This document shows positions 1 through 10,279 of a stretch of DNA of 64,000 nt, piece by piece. Numbering within the stretch: the first letter of the stretch is position 1; every line of letters starts with the position of its first letter. The notes beneath the pieces were generated by a model, which ran no database searches, was not told the DNA's origin, and saw only the letters and a program-made list of their open reading frames with translations. The stretch comes from Octopus sinensis (taxonomy: Eukaryota), in assembly GCF_006345805.1 (NCBI RefSeq), contig NC_043005.1:80848001-80912000 (forward strand), written 5' to 3'. A program made the position numbers and the translations under genes.

Positions 1-679
1 AGTTAGCAGAAGAAATGATACATGTTTATGTACAGACCCATCTAAAGTTCCAAGTGTTATTTATGCATATAAAATTTCCGGAAAATGTGATGGTTTTAGG
101 GGTTGTCAGCAAAGAGGGACTTGTGATGCCTCCTTACTTCTTTCTACAAGGCCTTAGAGTCAAATCTGTCGCCTCCATTGAAGTCCTGGAAATAATTGTT
201 AAGCCTTTGGATTGACAGTAATGCAATGGAAGACCACATGCATTTCAGTAAGACGCTGCACTATCACACGTGGCTCTAATAACATAGAAATGGATGGCTG
301 AAAATTTTCATGATCACATAACCCCTAACATTTGGCCTCCTAATTCCCCAGTCAATCCATTGGACTATTACATGTGGAGCATTGTTGAAAGAGAGGTCAA
401 TGAACACAGCCATGACACCAAAGATTCTTTGAAAGCTGCTATAGTCAGAGTAATGTCCAAAATGAACCAGGACCACTTGATTCGAGCATGTAGATGATTT
501 AGATATCATAGAGATGCAGTTTTTGAAACTGAAGATGGCTTTATTGAATAGCATTATAGAAAAAAAAGGTTTATTTTTATTCTCTTAACATTTTTTTATA
601 TATACAGTTATTATGTGTTATATAACTGTTTTTTTTACATAAACATAAATCTGTCCTCAAATATCTTACGTACCCTGTA
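1..679 (+). mobile_element. 3' fragment of a decayed Tc1/mariner transposon, DD37D (maT-like)
   Basis: Frames give VMVLGVVSKEG..MPPYFF, FQ*DAA.SH and WPPNSP(V)NPLDYYMWSIVERE..HLIRACR. D-to-D spacing is 36 observed, 37 if the SPDLNPLD motif is restored. Ends in ...TACGTACCCTG+TA (CAGGGT-type TIR). Confidence 0.85.
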
Positions 680-689
680 TACAAACCTG

Positions 690-977
690 CACACTCACAC
701 ACACACAAACACACACACATATATATATGTACATACATATGTGTATATATACACACACATACATATATATGTGTGTGTTTCTTTTTGTGTGTGTGTGTGT
801 GTGTGCGTGCGTGTGTATGTATGTATTCACACACGTAGCACTACATCAAATTAGTCTACGTTTAGTGGGCAAAAGTAATTTTCACCTCCTCACAAATTCA
901 AAGCGCTTTTCTTCACTTCTCAGCTTATATATTGCTTGCCATTCTGAACATCTAATGAAGGATTACGAAATCTAATG

Positions 978-1039
<62 letters not shown>

Positions 1040-1135
1040 ACGTAAATATACACACACACACCACACACACACCTATATATATATAATATATATATACACA
1101 TACACTTACGCAACACACTCACACACACACCACAC
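690..1135. repeat. Compound (CA)n/(TA)n/(TG)n microsatellite
   Basis: Directly visible dinucleotide runs. Confidence 0.95.
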
Positions 1136-1787
1136 ATTTAAAATCCGGCTTACTGCCATTCTAAGGAATTTAATCCTTAGTATTAATAATGTATAGATAC
1201 TCATTATCTTCAGATGAGTTTGCTTCCATCATTGGTTTTTATTATGAATCATTTCTACTTAACGATGTCTTCAGAGATAAAACGCAATCTACAATTCACT
1301 TGGTTGTCCCGAAGCCTAAAATATCCTGTGTCTTTAATCAGCTTTTAGTTTAAAGATACACTGCAGGAGACTTGGGAAATTTAATCGCCTTCCGTTTATA
1401 AGATGTTCAATAGAAATCTAGTAAGAATGTCATTGTAAAAAATTTGCAAACTCAATAATTTATATCCCGGGTGATTTTCCAATAACAGTATTTCTTATCT
1501 ACCTGAATGTAATTTGGACGGCCAATAAAATTACCATTTTCCCGGTAATTGTCTTTTAAAAATCACTAATACCTTTCTCTACGTGTCATTCAGGTAATAA
1601 GAGTATTCACAGAATTAGTATGTGAATGTACAAAGCAGACATAAAAATTTGTCAAAATTAACTGTTAGTATTAATAGACTAGAAAAAAAAGATCTCGTGA
1701 ATTGCTTTAATCGGTTTCCGACCCTTATTGGGGTTTTAATCAGCTGTGTCTACATCCCCAGGTCAATTATATTAGAAAACACGTAAG

Positions 1788-2150
1788 ACGGCGAGCTGGC
1801 AGAAACGTTAGCACGCCGGGCGAAATGCTTAGCAGAAATTCATCTGCCGCTACATTCTGAGTTCAAATTACGCCGAGGTCCACTTTGCCCAGTTACGTAC
1901 TGGGGTCGATGTAATCGACTTAATCCCTTTGTCTGTCCTTGTTTGTCCCCTCTGTGTTTAGCCCCTTGTGGGTAGTAAAGAAATAGGTATTTTGCCTGCC
2001 GTTACGTTATGAGTCCAAATTCCGCCGAGGTAGACTTTGCATTTCACCCTTTCTGGGTCGATAACTTATGTACTAGTTGCGTACTGAGGTCGAACTAATC
2101 GACTGGCCCCTTCTCCAAACATTTCGTGCCTTGTGCCTAGAGTACAAAAG
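1788..2150 (+). mobile_element. SINE family A (head GGCGGCGAGCTGGCAGAA), rearranged composite copy
   Basis: Matches many other copies in the window (e.g. 35251-35490); internal deletion plus partial duplication. Confidence 0.85.
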
Positions 2151-2199
2151 AATATTAGTAAACACGTGACGAAGGTAGTAGGAAAGAGCAGTACATTCT

Positions 2200-2515
2200 G
2201 TTCTTCTCTTTTACTTGTTCCAGTCATTTGACTGCGGCCATACTGGAGCACCGCCTGTAGTCGAACAAATAGAACCCAGAACATATTCTAATAGCCTAAT
2301 ACTTATTCTATCTGTCTCTTTTGCAGAACCGCTAAGTTACGGGGACATAAACACACACACACACACACACCTATATATATACTAATATATACAGCGGGCT
2401 TCTTTCAATTTCTGTCAACAAAATCCGCTCACAAGGCTTTGTTCGTCCCGAGCTTTTAGTAGAAGACACTTGCTCAAGGTGCAGCGTAGTGGGACTGAAC
2501 CTGGAACCATGTGAT
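2200..2515 (-). mobile_element. SINE family B (tRNA-like head, internal microsatellite), 5'-truncated
   Basis: Reverse complement matches the full copies at 45989 and 57410. Confidence 0.85.
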
Positions 2516-3229
2516 TACACGTCCAATCAAGTAGCTTCCGGGAACCTGAAATTATTAATTTGCATACTATCATTGCTTAACACTTTCTGTTGATATGATC
2601 GACCTGCTGACGGAGATCTCAGTCCATGCTGTCGCAAACTGGGATTTGAACTCGTGGTAGACAAACAACCATGTCAAATGTACCATTTCCGTCTTCGCAA
2701 AGTGAAAATATCTGCTTTAATCGAATTTCAACTTTTATTGGGAGTTTAATCAGGGGTGTCTATATCACTTGATCAAAAACAGAGAAACAAATAACTAATC
2801 CGTTTATATACACATCAATCTAGTAACTTCAGGGAGCTAAAGCTATTAATTAATTTGTAAATTAAGTTTACGCACAATGGTCGTTTGCAATAGTCTATAT
2901 ATTCAAGGGACCGGATGAATTTTCCCGACAGAATTTATAAGCACATTCGTATATGAAATTAAGAATGTCAGAGAATGTTTAAAATTTCATAATTAATTCT
3001 CGGTGACGCCACTAGTACTTTGTATATATATGTCGAATTTTCCTTTAGATTAAGTTTAAGACAGAAATTGTTCTCATTATTTCAGGACATTCGTATATCA
3101 AAGGAATGAGTAGACATGTTAGCCTGATATAGACACACTTCAAAGTATGTTTTCCAATTATGTACATTCAAATGCCTGATTTTAGAGCCAGTATGCATTC
3201 TATATTGTTGGAGTTAAACACTCAGAACA

Positions 3230-3260
<31 letters not shown>

Positions 3261-3269
3261 TAATATATA

Positions 3270-3305
<36 letters not shown>

Positions 3306-3309
<4 letters not shown>

Positions 3310-3434
3310 AATGGTTGATTACAGTCAATCTAACAAGAACGTGACAGTAGGGGGTACACCACCGTTGTATAGCCCCTGTGGTGTACCCCCTACTGTCACG
3401 TTCTTGTTAGATTGACAGTATACAACCATTCTAT
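3306..3434. repeat. Near-perfect hairpin: 38-bp perfect inner stem, 17-nt loop, 12-bp outer stem
   Basis: 3324-3361 is the exact reverse complement of 3379-3416; 3306-3317 pairs with 3423-3434; flanked by (TA)n on both sides. Confidence 0.95.
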
Positions 3435-3512
3435 CGCCTCACCACCGTACATCTCTCTACGAGAGATTTAGAAATTCAATATTTCTTATATATATATATA
3501 TAATATATATAT

Positions 3513-3579
<67 letters not shown>

Positions 3580-4044
3580 CAGTTATTGAGATTTCAATCA
3601 ATAGATTTGTGGGTATTCCATTTCAGATAATGCAAAAAGAACAGAACGAGTATTTATGATGGAAAACTCGTGGTGTTTATATGCACATTAAGAAATGTTA
3701 AAATTATAATGAGAAAGTAACTACGCGTGTTTCTGTACTGGAAGATCAGAATATATGTAATCATCAGATTTATATTTCCACCAACACATCTTCAGGTTCT
3801 TTTTCATCATATTGTTCAGCTATTTTAAATCACCGTAAAAATTAAGCGTTAAATTAAAAATTAAAAATAAATTTTACAAAATTAAGATTTAAAAATTATA
3901 AATTATGAATATAAATTAGCATACATATATCAAACTTAGAATGTCAAATATAAAATTATAAATCAGGATCAAGAGGTGTGTGATTAAATGTAAAAAAAAT
4001 AAAGATACATATCCACTTGCGATAGGATGAAGATGTGATTCAAA

Positions 4045-4102
<58 letters not shown>

Positions 4103-4139
4103 TATATATATATAAGGGTGAAAAGGAACACACGAGTTG

Positions 4140-4970
4140 ATATATATGAAAAAACAAGTCAAAAATAGAAAATGCTAAAATAATTTTATAGTGAACATTT
4201 CAGTACCGGTTTCGGTCATTTTGAGACCTTTTCAACTGTAACGATTAAATAATTAAATTTAGAAAAATTAGAAGAAAAGTTTTTTTAAAAGAATATTTCT
4301 ATAGTAGTGTTCAGATTTAAGTGGCATTCTGCCTTTCTCTGACTCCCTTGTTTGCACTTGTGTGTTGAAGGTCGTTGTGAGTTCTTGGTCGGGTAATAGA
4401 GGAAGAAGGCTGGTGAGGAAAGGGGGGTGGGAGAATCTGGGAGTGCCCTGATGGTCGTATTTTGAATGGTCAGTGGTGGCTGGCAGTCTCAGTTCAATTC
4501 AGGAGAATATTATATTGACAGGCTTGTTTATAGAATTAGCGTAGGTGTTATACTAAAAAACATTAGTGACAAAGTTAAGGGGTAGGGGTGGAGAAGTAGA
4601 AGAGGAAGAAGAAGAAGAAGAAGAAGAAGAAGAAGAAGAAGGAGAAGGAGAAGATGACGATGATGGTGATGGTGGTGATGATTATGACGACGATGATGAT
4701 GATAATGATGATGATGAAGAAGAAGAAGAAGAAGAAGGAGGAGAAGGAGAAGATGGTGGTGATGATGGTGGTGATGATGATGACGACGATGATGATGATA
4801 ATGATGGTGATGAAGAAGAAAAAAACAGAGAAGGGAGAATATGAATGGGTGTAAGTTTAGCTATGAAGGGGCTGATTAGTAATGGATTCTATGGAGTGTA
4901 ATATTTGTGTGTGTATATATATTTTTTTCTTTTATTCTAAAGTTGAGGTATATTAATTGTTTGTCGTAGA
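4140..4970 (-). repeat. 3' pLTR (left arm of the inverted repeat)
   Basis: Reverse complement of 7067-7897, with few substitutions and triplet-repeat indels; includes the last ~18 nt of the ORF and a (TTC)/(ATC)-rich tract. Confidence 0.95.
4198..4241 (-). ncRNA. Minimal type I hammerhead ribozyme (U3-A8 variant)
   Basis: CAG-UUGAAAA-GGUC-UCAAAAU-GACC-GAAA-CCGG-UA-CUG on the element sense strand. Confidence 0.85.
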
Positions 4971-6698
4971 CCCGTTAAGAAGTGGCTTGTATTTTGTAAT
5001 AAAGAGATTTTCTTTACTTATTCGTTGTCTCGAGGTTGTATCGTCCCTAAATTGGTAGAGGGGGAAAATTCTGAAGTTTGGTGTTTTTTTGTTGGCGCAA
5101 GTATCTATGAGTTGGCTAAAAGCTATTTTTCTGTTTTGGGGAATTTTTATCTGGGATCTGTGCAGGGCCATTCGTTTACGCAAACCATTTTTTGTTTGGC
5201 CTATGTACTGCTCTTGACACCCGAAGCAGGTTAGTGAGTATATTAGGTTCTCCGAAGCACATGTGAAGTTGCTTTTCACTGTAAACCGTTGTCCCTGTTT
5301 GAAGGAGAACTCTGAGCCCTCAATTAGATAGTCGCATATCCCGCAATTGGGTCTTCCACATTTTTTTACTGTCGGCTTCTGTGTTGAAGAGTGAATTCGG
5401 GCTTGTGTAAGGAGACTTTTCATGGATCTAGGCTGTCTTTTGCTTTTTATGATCGTGTGTGTTTGGAGGATTGTGTTCATTCTGTGGTCTTTTTTTAGGA
5501 GGGGTATGTTGTGGAGGATGGTGTCGAAGGCTTCGTTATTGAGAGGGTTGTGTGTGGAGATGTATGGTAAGGCTTTTGGTTGTAAGTTTTTCCTTGATTT
5601 GGGATGTCTCAGTTCCTTGATGTTAAGTTGAAGGGCACGTTGAATGCACTTGTCAATAAGTGAAGGTGGATAGTTCCTGGTGATTAGGGTATCTTTTAGT
5701 TCTTGTAGTCGTGTGTCTCTGGTGTTTGCGTTAGAGACTATAGTGCATATCCTTTTTGCTAGATTGAAGGGGATATTCATCCTGGTGTGTCTGGGGTGGC
5801 ATGAATTGAATGGAAGATATTGCTTAGAGTCTGTAGGCTTATAGTATATGTCTGTTTCTATTATATTATTAGTTTTCTTAATGAGGATATCGAGGAAGGG
5901 GAGTTGTTGTTGGCTATATTCCATCGTGAATTGGATGTTTACGTCCAGTCCGTTTAAAATTTTCTGGAATTCTATGAGTTTTTCTATATTTTTATGCCAA
6001 AGGATGAAACAGTCATCTAGATATCTCTTCCAGTTGTTTTCTATGCCATATCTTTCTAGAACCTTACGATACAGACTGATCTCTAGGTATCCTATGACTA
6101 GGTTGGCAAAGGAGGGGGCCATTCGTGTACCCATCGCAGTCCCCGATTTTTGTCGGTAGAAGTTGTCATTGAAGGCGAAGAAGTTATTTTCCAGGATGAA
6201 TTTAACCCCTTCTATCACAAATTCTTTTTTGATGCGGTGTGGTAGTTCGTTGGCGTGATTCTCTAGCCAGAATTGGATTGCCTCTAGTCCTAGGTTGTGG
6301 GGGATATTGGAGTAGAGGTTGACTACATCGAAGGATACCAGTATGGTGTTTTTGTTTATAGTATTCGGTAGGTGATTGAGCATATCTAAGTCGTCCCTTA
6401 TATAGCTTTTGACATGTTTGAGGAGTGGTTTTAACAGGGTGTCTAAAAAGTTACTGAGGCGGTGGGTTTCGCATGCGGGACCTGCTATTATGGGTCTCAA
6501 TTTGAGGTCATTAGGATTAGGGACTTTAATTATTATGTCTGTAGCTATCTTGCATGCGTTGCTTATTTTTTCACTTTTGTGGATCTTAGGTATACCGTAG
6601 AATTGGCTAGTTTTACTTGTGAAATTGGTCATATAATCATATTCTTTGTCGGTGAGCCCTGCTTTGTATGGGTTTAATATGGATTTTAGTTCCCTCAT
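4953..6698 (-). CDS. PLE reverse transcriptase + GIY-YIG endonuclease (581-aa open part)
   Basis: FYGIPKIHK, LRPIIAG, LVSFDVVNLYSNIP, GTAMGTRMAPSFANL, RYLDD, PFLDI, YYKPTDSKQYLPFNSCHP; then CxxxxCxxC zinc motif and LIYSLTC..YIGQT..RMALHRS (GIY-YIG). Confidence 0.93.
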   Translation of the reverse strand: MRELKSILNPYKAGLTDKEYDYMTNFTSKTSQFYGIPKIHKSEKISNACKIATDIIIKVPNPNDLKLRPIIAGPACETHRLSNFLDTLLKPLLKHVKSYIRDDLDMLNHLPNTINKNTILVSFDVVNLYSNIPHNLGLEAIQFWLENHANELPHRIKKEFVIEGVKFILENNFFAFNDNFYRQKSGTAMGTRMAPSFANLVIGYLEISLYRKVLERYGIENNWKRYLDDCFILWHKNIEKLIEFQKILNGLDVNIQFTMEYSQQQLPFLDILIKKTNNIIETDIYYKPTDSKQYLPFNSCHPRHTRMNIPFNLAKRICTIVSNANTRDTRLQELKDTLITRNYPPSLIDKCIQRALQLNIKELRHPKSRKNLQPKALPYISTHNPLNNEAFDTILHNIPLLKKDHRMNTILQTHTIIKSKRQPRSMKSLLTQARIHSSTQKPTVKKCGRPNCGICDYLIEGSEFSFKQGQRFTVKSNFTCASENLIYSLTCFGCQEQYIGQTKNGLRKRMALHRSQIKIPQNRKIAFSQLIDTCANKKTPNFRIFPLYQFRDDTTSRQRISKENLFITKYKPLLNGSTTNN

Positions 6699-7066
6699 TA
6701 TTTTTGTTGACTGTAGTTTTGTGCCTTTTCATAGTATGTTGTGTCTTCCAGCATAGAAAGTACCAAAGTTATGTAAAATGTCGTATCCATTAAGACAACA
6801 GCACTCCCTTTATCGGCCTCTTTGATTGTTATTGTTTTATCTAGTTTTAATTGTTCAACTCAGCCCATTCTTTTTTGCTGAAGTTTGGTTTGTGTTTTTG
6901 TTTGTGCATATGTTGATATGGGTAATTTGATATGTGGTCACAGAAATCATCAAGTGTTTTATTCTTACCTTTCGAGGGGGTGTAGTTACTCCTATTTCTG
7001 GCTAACGATTCGTCCTCGTTGTATTTATCGTATAGCTCCTCAGTAAGTCTTAATTTTCTGCAGAAT
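6699..7066 (-). pseudogene. Frameshifted, 5'-truncated N-terminal continuation of the PLE ORF
   Basis: EFCRKLRL..SNYTP..NFSKKEWAEL, 1-bp shift near 6855, then QLKLDKTITIKEADKGSAVVLMD (PLE hallmark), second 1-bp shift in the A-run near 6703, then MRELKS. Confidence 0.85.
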
Positions 7067-7886
7067 TCTACGACAAACAATTAATATACCTCAACTTTAG
7101 AATAAAAGAAAAAAATATATATACACACACAAATATTACACTCCATAGAATCCATTACTAATCAGCCCCTTCATAGCTAAACTTACACCCATTCATATTC
7201 TTCCTTCTCTGTTTTTTTCTTCTTCATCACCATCATTATCATCATCATCGTCGTCATCATCATCACCACCATCGTCACCACCATCTTCTCCTTCTCCTCC
7301 TCCTTCTTCTTCTTCTTCATCATCATCATTATCATCATCATCGTCGTCATAATCATCACCACCATCACCATCATCGTCATCTTCTCCTTCTCCTTCTTCT
7401 TCTTCTTCTTCTTCTTCTTCATCTTCTTCTTCCTCTTCTACTTCTCCACCCCTACCCCTTAACTTTGTCACTAATGTTTTTTAGTATAACACCTACGCTA
7501 ATTCTATAAACAAGCCTGTCAATATAAATATTCTCCTGAATTGAACTGAGACTGCCAGCCGCCACTGACCATTCAAAATACGACCATCAGGGCACTCCCA
7601 GATTCTCCCACCCCCCTTTCCTCACCAGCCTTCTTCCTCTATTACCCGACCAAGAACTCACAACGACCTTCAACACACAAGTGCAAACAAGGGAGTCAGA
7701 GAAAGGCAGAATGCCACTTAAATCTGAACACTACTATAGAAATATTCTTTTAAAAAAACTTTTCTTCTAATTTTTCTAAATTTAATTATTTAATCGTTAC
7801 AGTTGAAAAGGTCTCAAAATGACCGAAACCGGTACTGAAATGTTCACTATAAAATTATTTTAGCATTTTCTATTTTTGACTTGTTT

Positions 7887-7897
<11 letters not shown>
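7067..7897 (+). repeat. Inverted 5' pLTR (right arm)
   Basis: Reverse complement of 4140-4970. Confidence 0.95.
7797..7840 (+). ncRNA. Minimal type I hammerhead ribozyme (U3-A8 variant), inverted pLTR copy
   Basis: Core 7803-7809, stem II 7810-13/7821-24, GAAA 7825-28, GUA cleavage triplet ending at 7834, stem I CAG/CUG. Confidence 0.85.
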
Positions 7898-7929
<32 letters not shown>

Positions 7930-8109
7930 TACATACACACATATATATATATACATATATATATATACATATATACATACACATATATATATATATATAT
8001 ACATCCATCCATACAAACATATATATATATATACATATATATACATGCACACACACACACTATATATATATGCCTATGCATGCATATACATATCTGAATA
8101 TATACATGC

Positions 8110-8331
8110 CTAGTACTTATTCTATCGGTTGTCAAGCGATGTTGGGGGACAAACACACACACATACACACACACACAGATATATACATATATACGATGGG
8201 CTTCTTTCAGTTTCCATCTACCAAATCCACTCACAAAGCTTTGGTCTGTTCGAGGCTATAGTAGAAGACACTTGCCCAAGGTACCATGTGATTCGTAAGC
8301 AAGCTACTTACCACACAGCCACGACTGCGCC
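8110..8331 (-). mobile_element. SINE family B, internally deleted
   Basis: Head GGCGCAG..TGGCTGTGTGGTAAG and body match the other family B copies. Confidence 0.85.
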
Positions 8332-9092
8332 TGTTGCGTATATTTGGATTAATAGACAGATTGAAAAGAAAGAGAGAAAGAGAGAGAGAGAGGGAGAGAA
8401 GGGAAAACAGACAGAGTGAGAAAGAGAGAAAGAGAGAGGGAGATTGTTATTCGCGCTTCGGATTATTCCGATCCTATAAGAACCGCCATAATGGGAAACC
8501 AATTTCGCTATATTTTTTTTAATTAAATTGCATCCAACAGAATGTAGCCAAACATAATAGAATCCCTTTTTATATGCATCCCTATAACATTTTTATATTT
8601 ACGTACACATGACGTAGTAAGTGTTCATAAAAGCATTTGATGCAAAAAATAAACCGAAAGCCACAGGGAATTGTCGAAAATATCCTGTAACGTCATAATA
8701 CTGTAGGACTTTTAAATGAGGTTGGCAGCTGTAAGATAGGCTGTGTTTTTCTTTGAAATAAAACTTTTTATTAGAAACACAATACAACCCGAATCACAAA
8801 ATAGTAAATTAAATGAGTTTGATGAAGGGCCCTATCTTTCCTCTTTCCCGTAGCAAAGAAGTATCTAAAAAGGCTTGTCCGTCCGGCTCACGATCCCAAC
8901 AGGGAAAATGGAAAAGAAGACAGCGAGGGAGGCGCAGGGGATATTGTAGAGTGGGTTTTACAGAGTGGAAAAGAGGTACCTTGTGCCTATAGCAGAAAAG
9001 ATATCTGAAACTAGATTTCCACCATACATATATGAATATGCGTGTGTGCACGCATGTGTCTGTCTGTGTATGTATATATACCTATATATGTT

Positions 9093-9309
9093 TGCGAGAG
9101 GGTGCTGAAGAGTTCCTAGCTTAACAGGTGTCATAAAAGGCCTGGCTGGAAACCAACCCTCCAAGTTCTTTTACAGTAGTTAGAAAAACTGAAAGACGGC
9201 TGCGATAAGTACGTGAATCTGAGAGAATATATTGATTAAAACCGTAATTAACCCATCCTCCGTTATTTTCTTTTACACAAAACCAGTAACATTTCAATAC
9301 ACACTCGTA
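9093..9309 (+). mobile_element. Non-autonomous mariner derivative (MITE)
   Basis: Starts with a degenerate TACGAGGGGGTGCTGAAAAGTTCC-type TIR and ends ...ACACTCGTA; interior resembles the mariner C-terminus; homologous to 27466 and 45156. Confidence 0.7.
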
Positions 9310-9320
9310 TTTGTATTCCG

Positions 9321-9474
<154 letters not shown>

Positions 9475-9516
9475 CCTTCTATCTGTCTGTATATCTATTT
9501 CTATCTATCTATCTAT

Positions 9517-10031
9517 CATCAACCTCTTCAAGTATCACTTGAAAAGGAAAGTGAGAGTAGAGAGGCAAGTTTTGTCTAGCGAATGTTTAAAAAAAAGATG
9601 GGTGTATGTGGCAAGAATGGCACGTATAAATGACGAAGCCACCTTGAGCATAATCCTATGAACCCGGAAATTCAAAACAGAGGGTTGCCCACTTGCAAAC
9701 AAATGTGGTAACATGTAACAATATCGACCGAGGTTACCGTGGTCTTTTCTGTAGTATTTTCTTCCCACGGATAAACCTTATCTGCTTCCCCTTTTACATC
9801 TTATATTATGACACTGTGATACACGATCCCTATTGATCGTTTTTTCCCCTTTTTCCTTTTTCTTTTTTCTTTACTTTTGTTTCTTTTCCTTTTTTCTTTT
9901 TTTTCTTCTTTCCCTTTTACGATCCCTTTTGATCGAAAACCTACCCCAATTCTTTTTTCCCCCAAAAAGAAAAGCTCTACTTTGTAATCTGTCCCGCCTG
10001 TGTGCATCCCTGTGTGGCTAATAAAGAAACA
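9517..10031 (+). mobile_element. 5'-truncated Tx1-like LINE 3' end
   Basis: FKYHLKRKVRVERQVLSSEC..ARINDEATLSIIL* plus 3'UTR, AATAAA at 10020; paralogous to 12940-13490; (TATC)n on both sides. Confidence 0.88.
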
Positions 10032-10035
10032 TATG

Positions 10036-10104
<69 letters not shown>

Positions 10105-10181
10105 GCCTGTATATATTTGTCTATCTATCTAACGTTTTAACTATTTATCTATGTATCAATCTCTCTGTTCATCTAACTACA

Positions 10182-10278
<97 letters not shown>

Positions 10279-10279
<1 letters not shown>

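Larger units (their letters stand above)
4115..7897 (-). mobile_element. Penelope-like element (Penelope/Poseidon-type domain order) with inverted 5' pLTR
   Basis: RT + C-terminal GIY-YIG ORF; ~830-bp inverted terminal repeats each holding an HHR; embedded in (TA)n on both sides. Confidence 0.93.

Noticed and set aside
577-1196. Many 60-150-aa ORFs rich in YI, HT, CV, LSIY or poly-I (here and throughout the window)
   Set aside because: They are translations of stop-free (TA)n, (CA)n, (TATC)n and (ATT)n microsatellites, with no coding signal.
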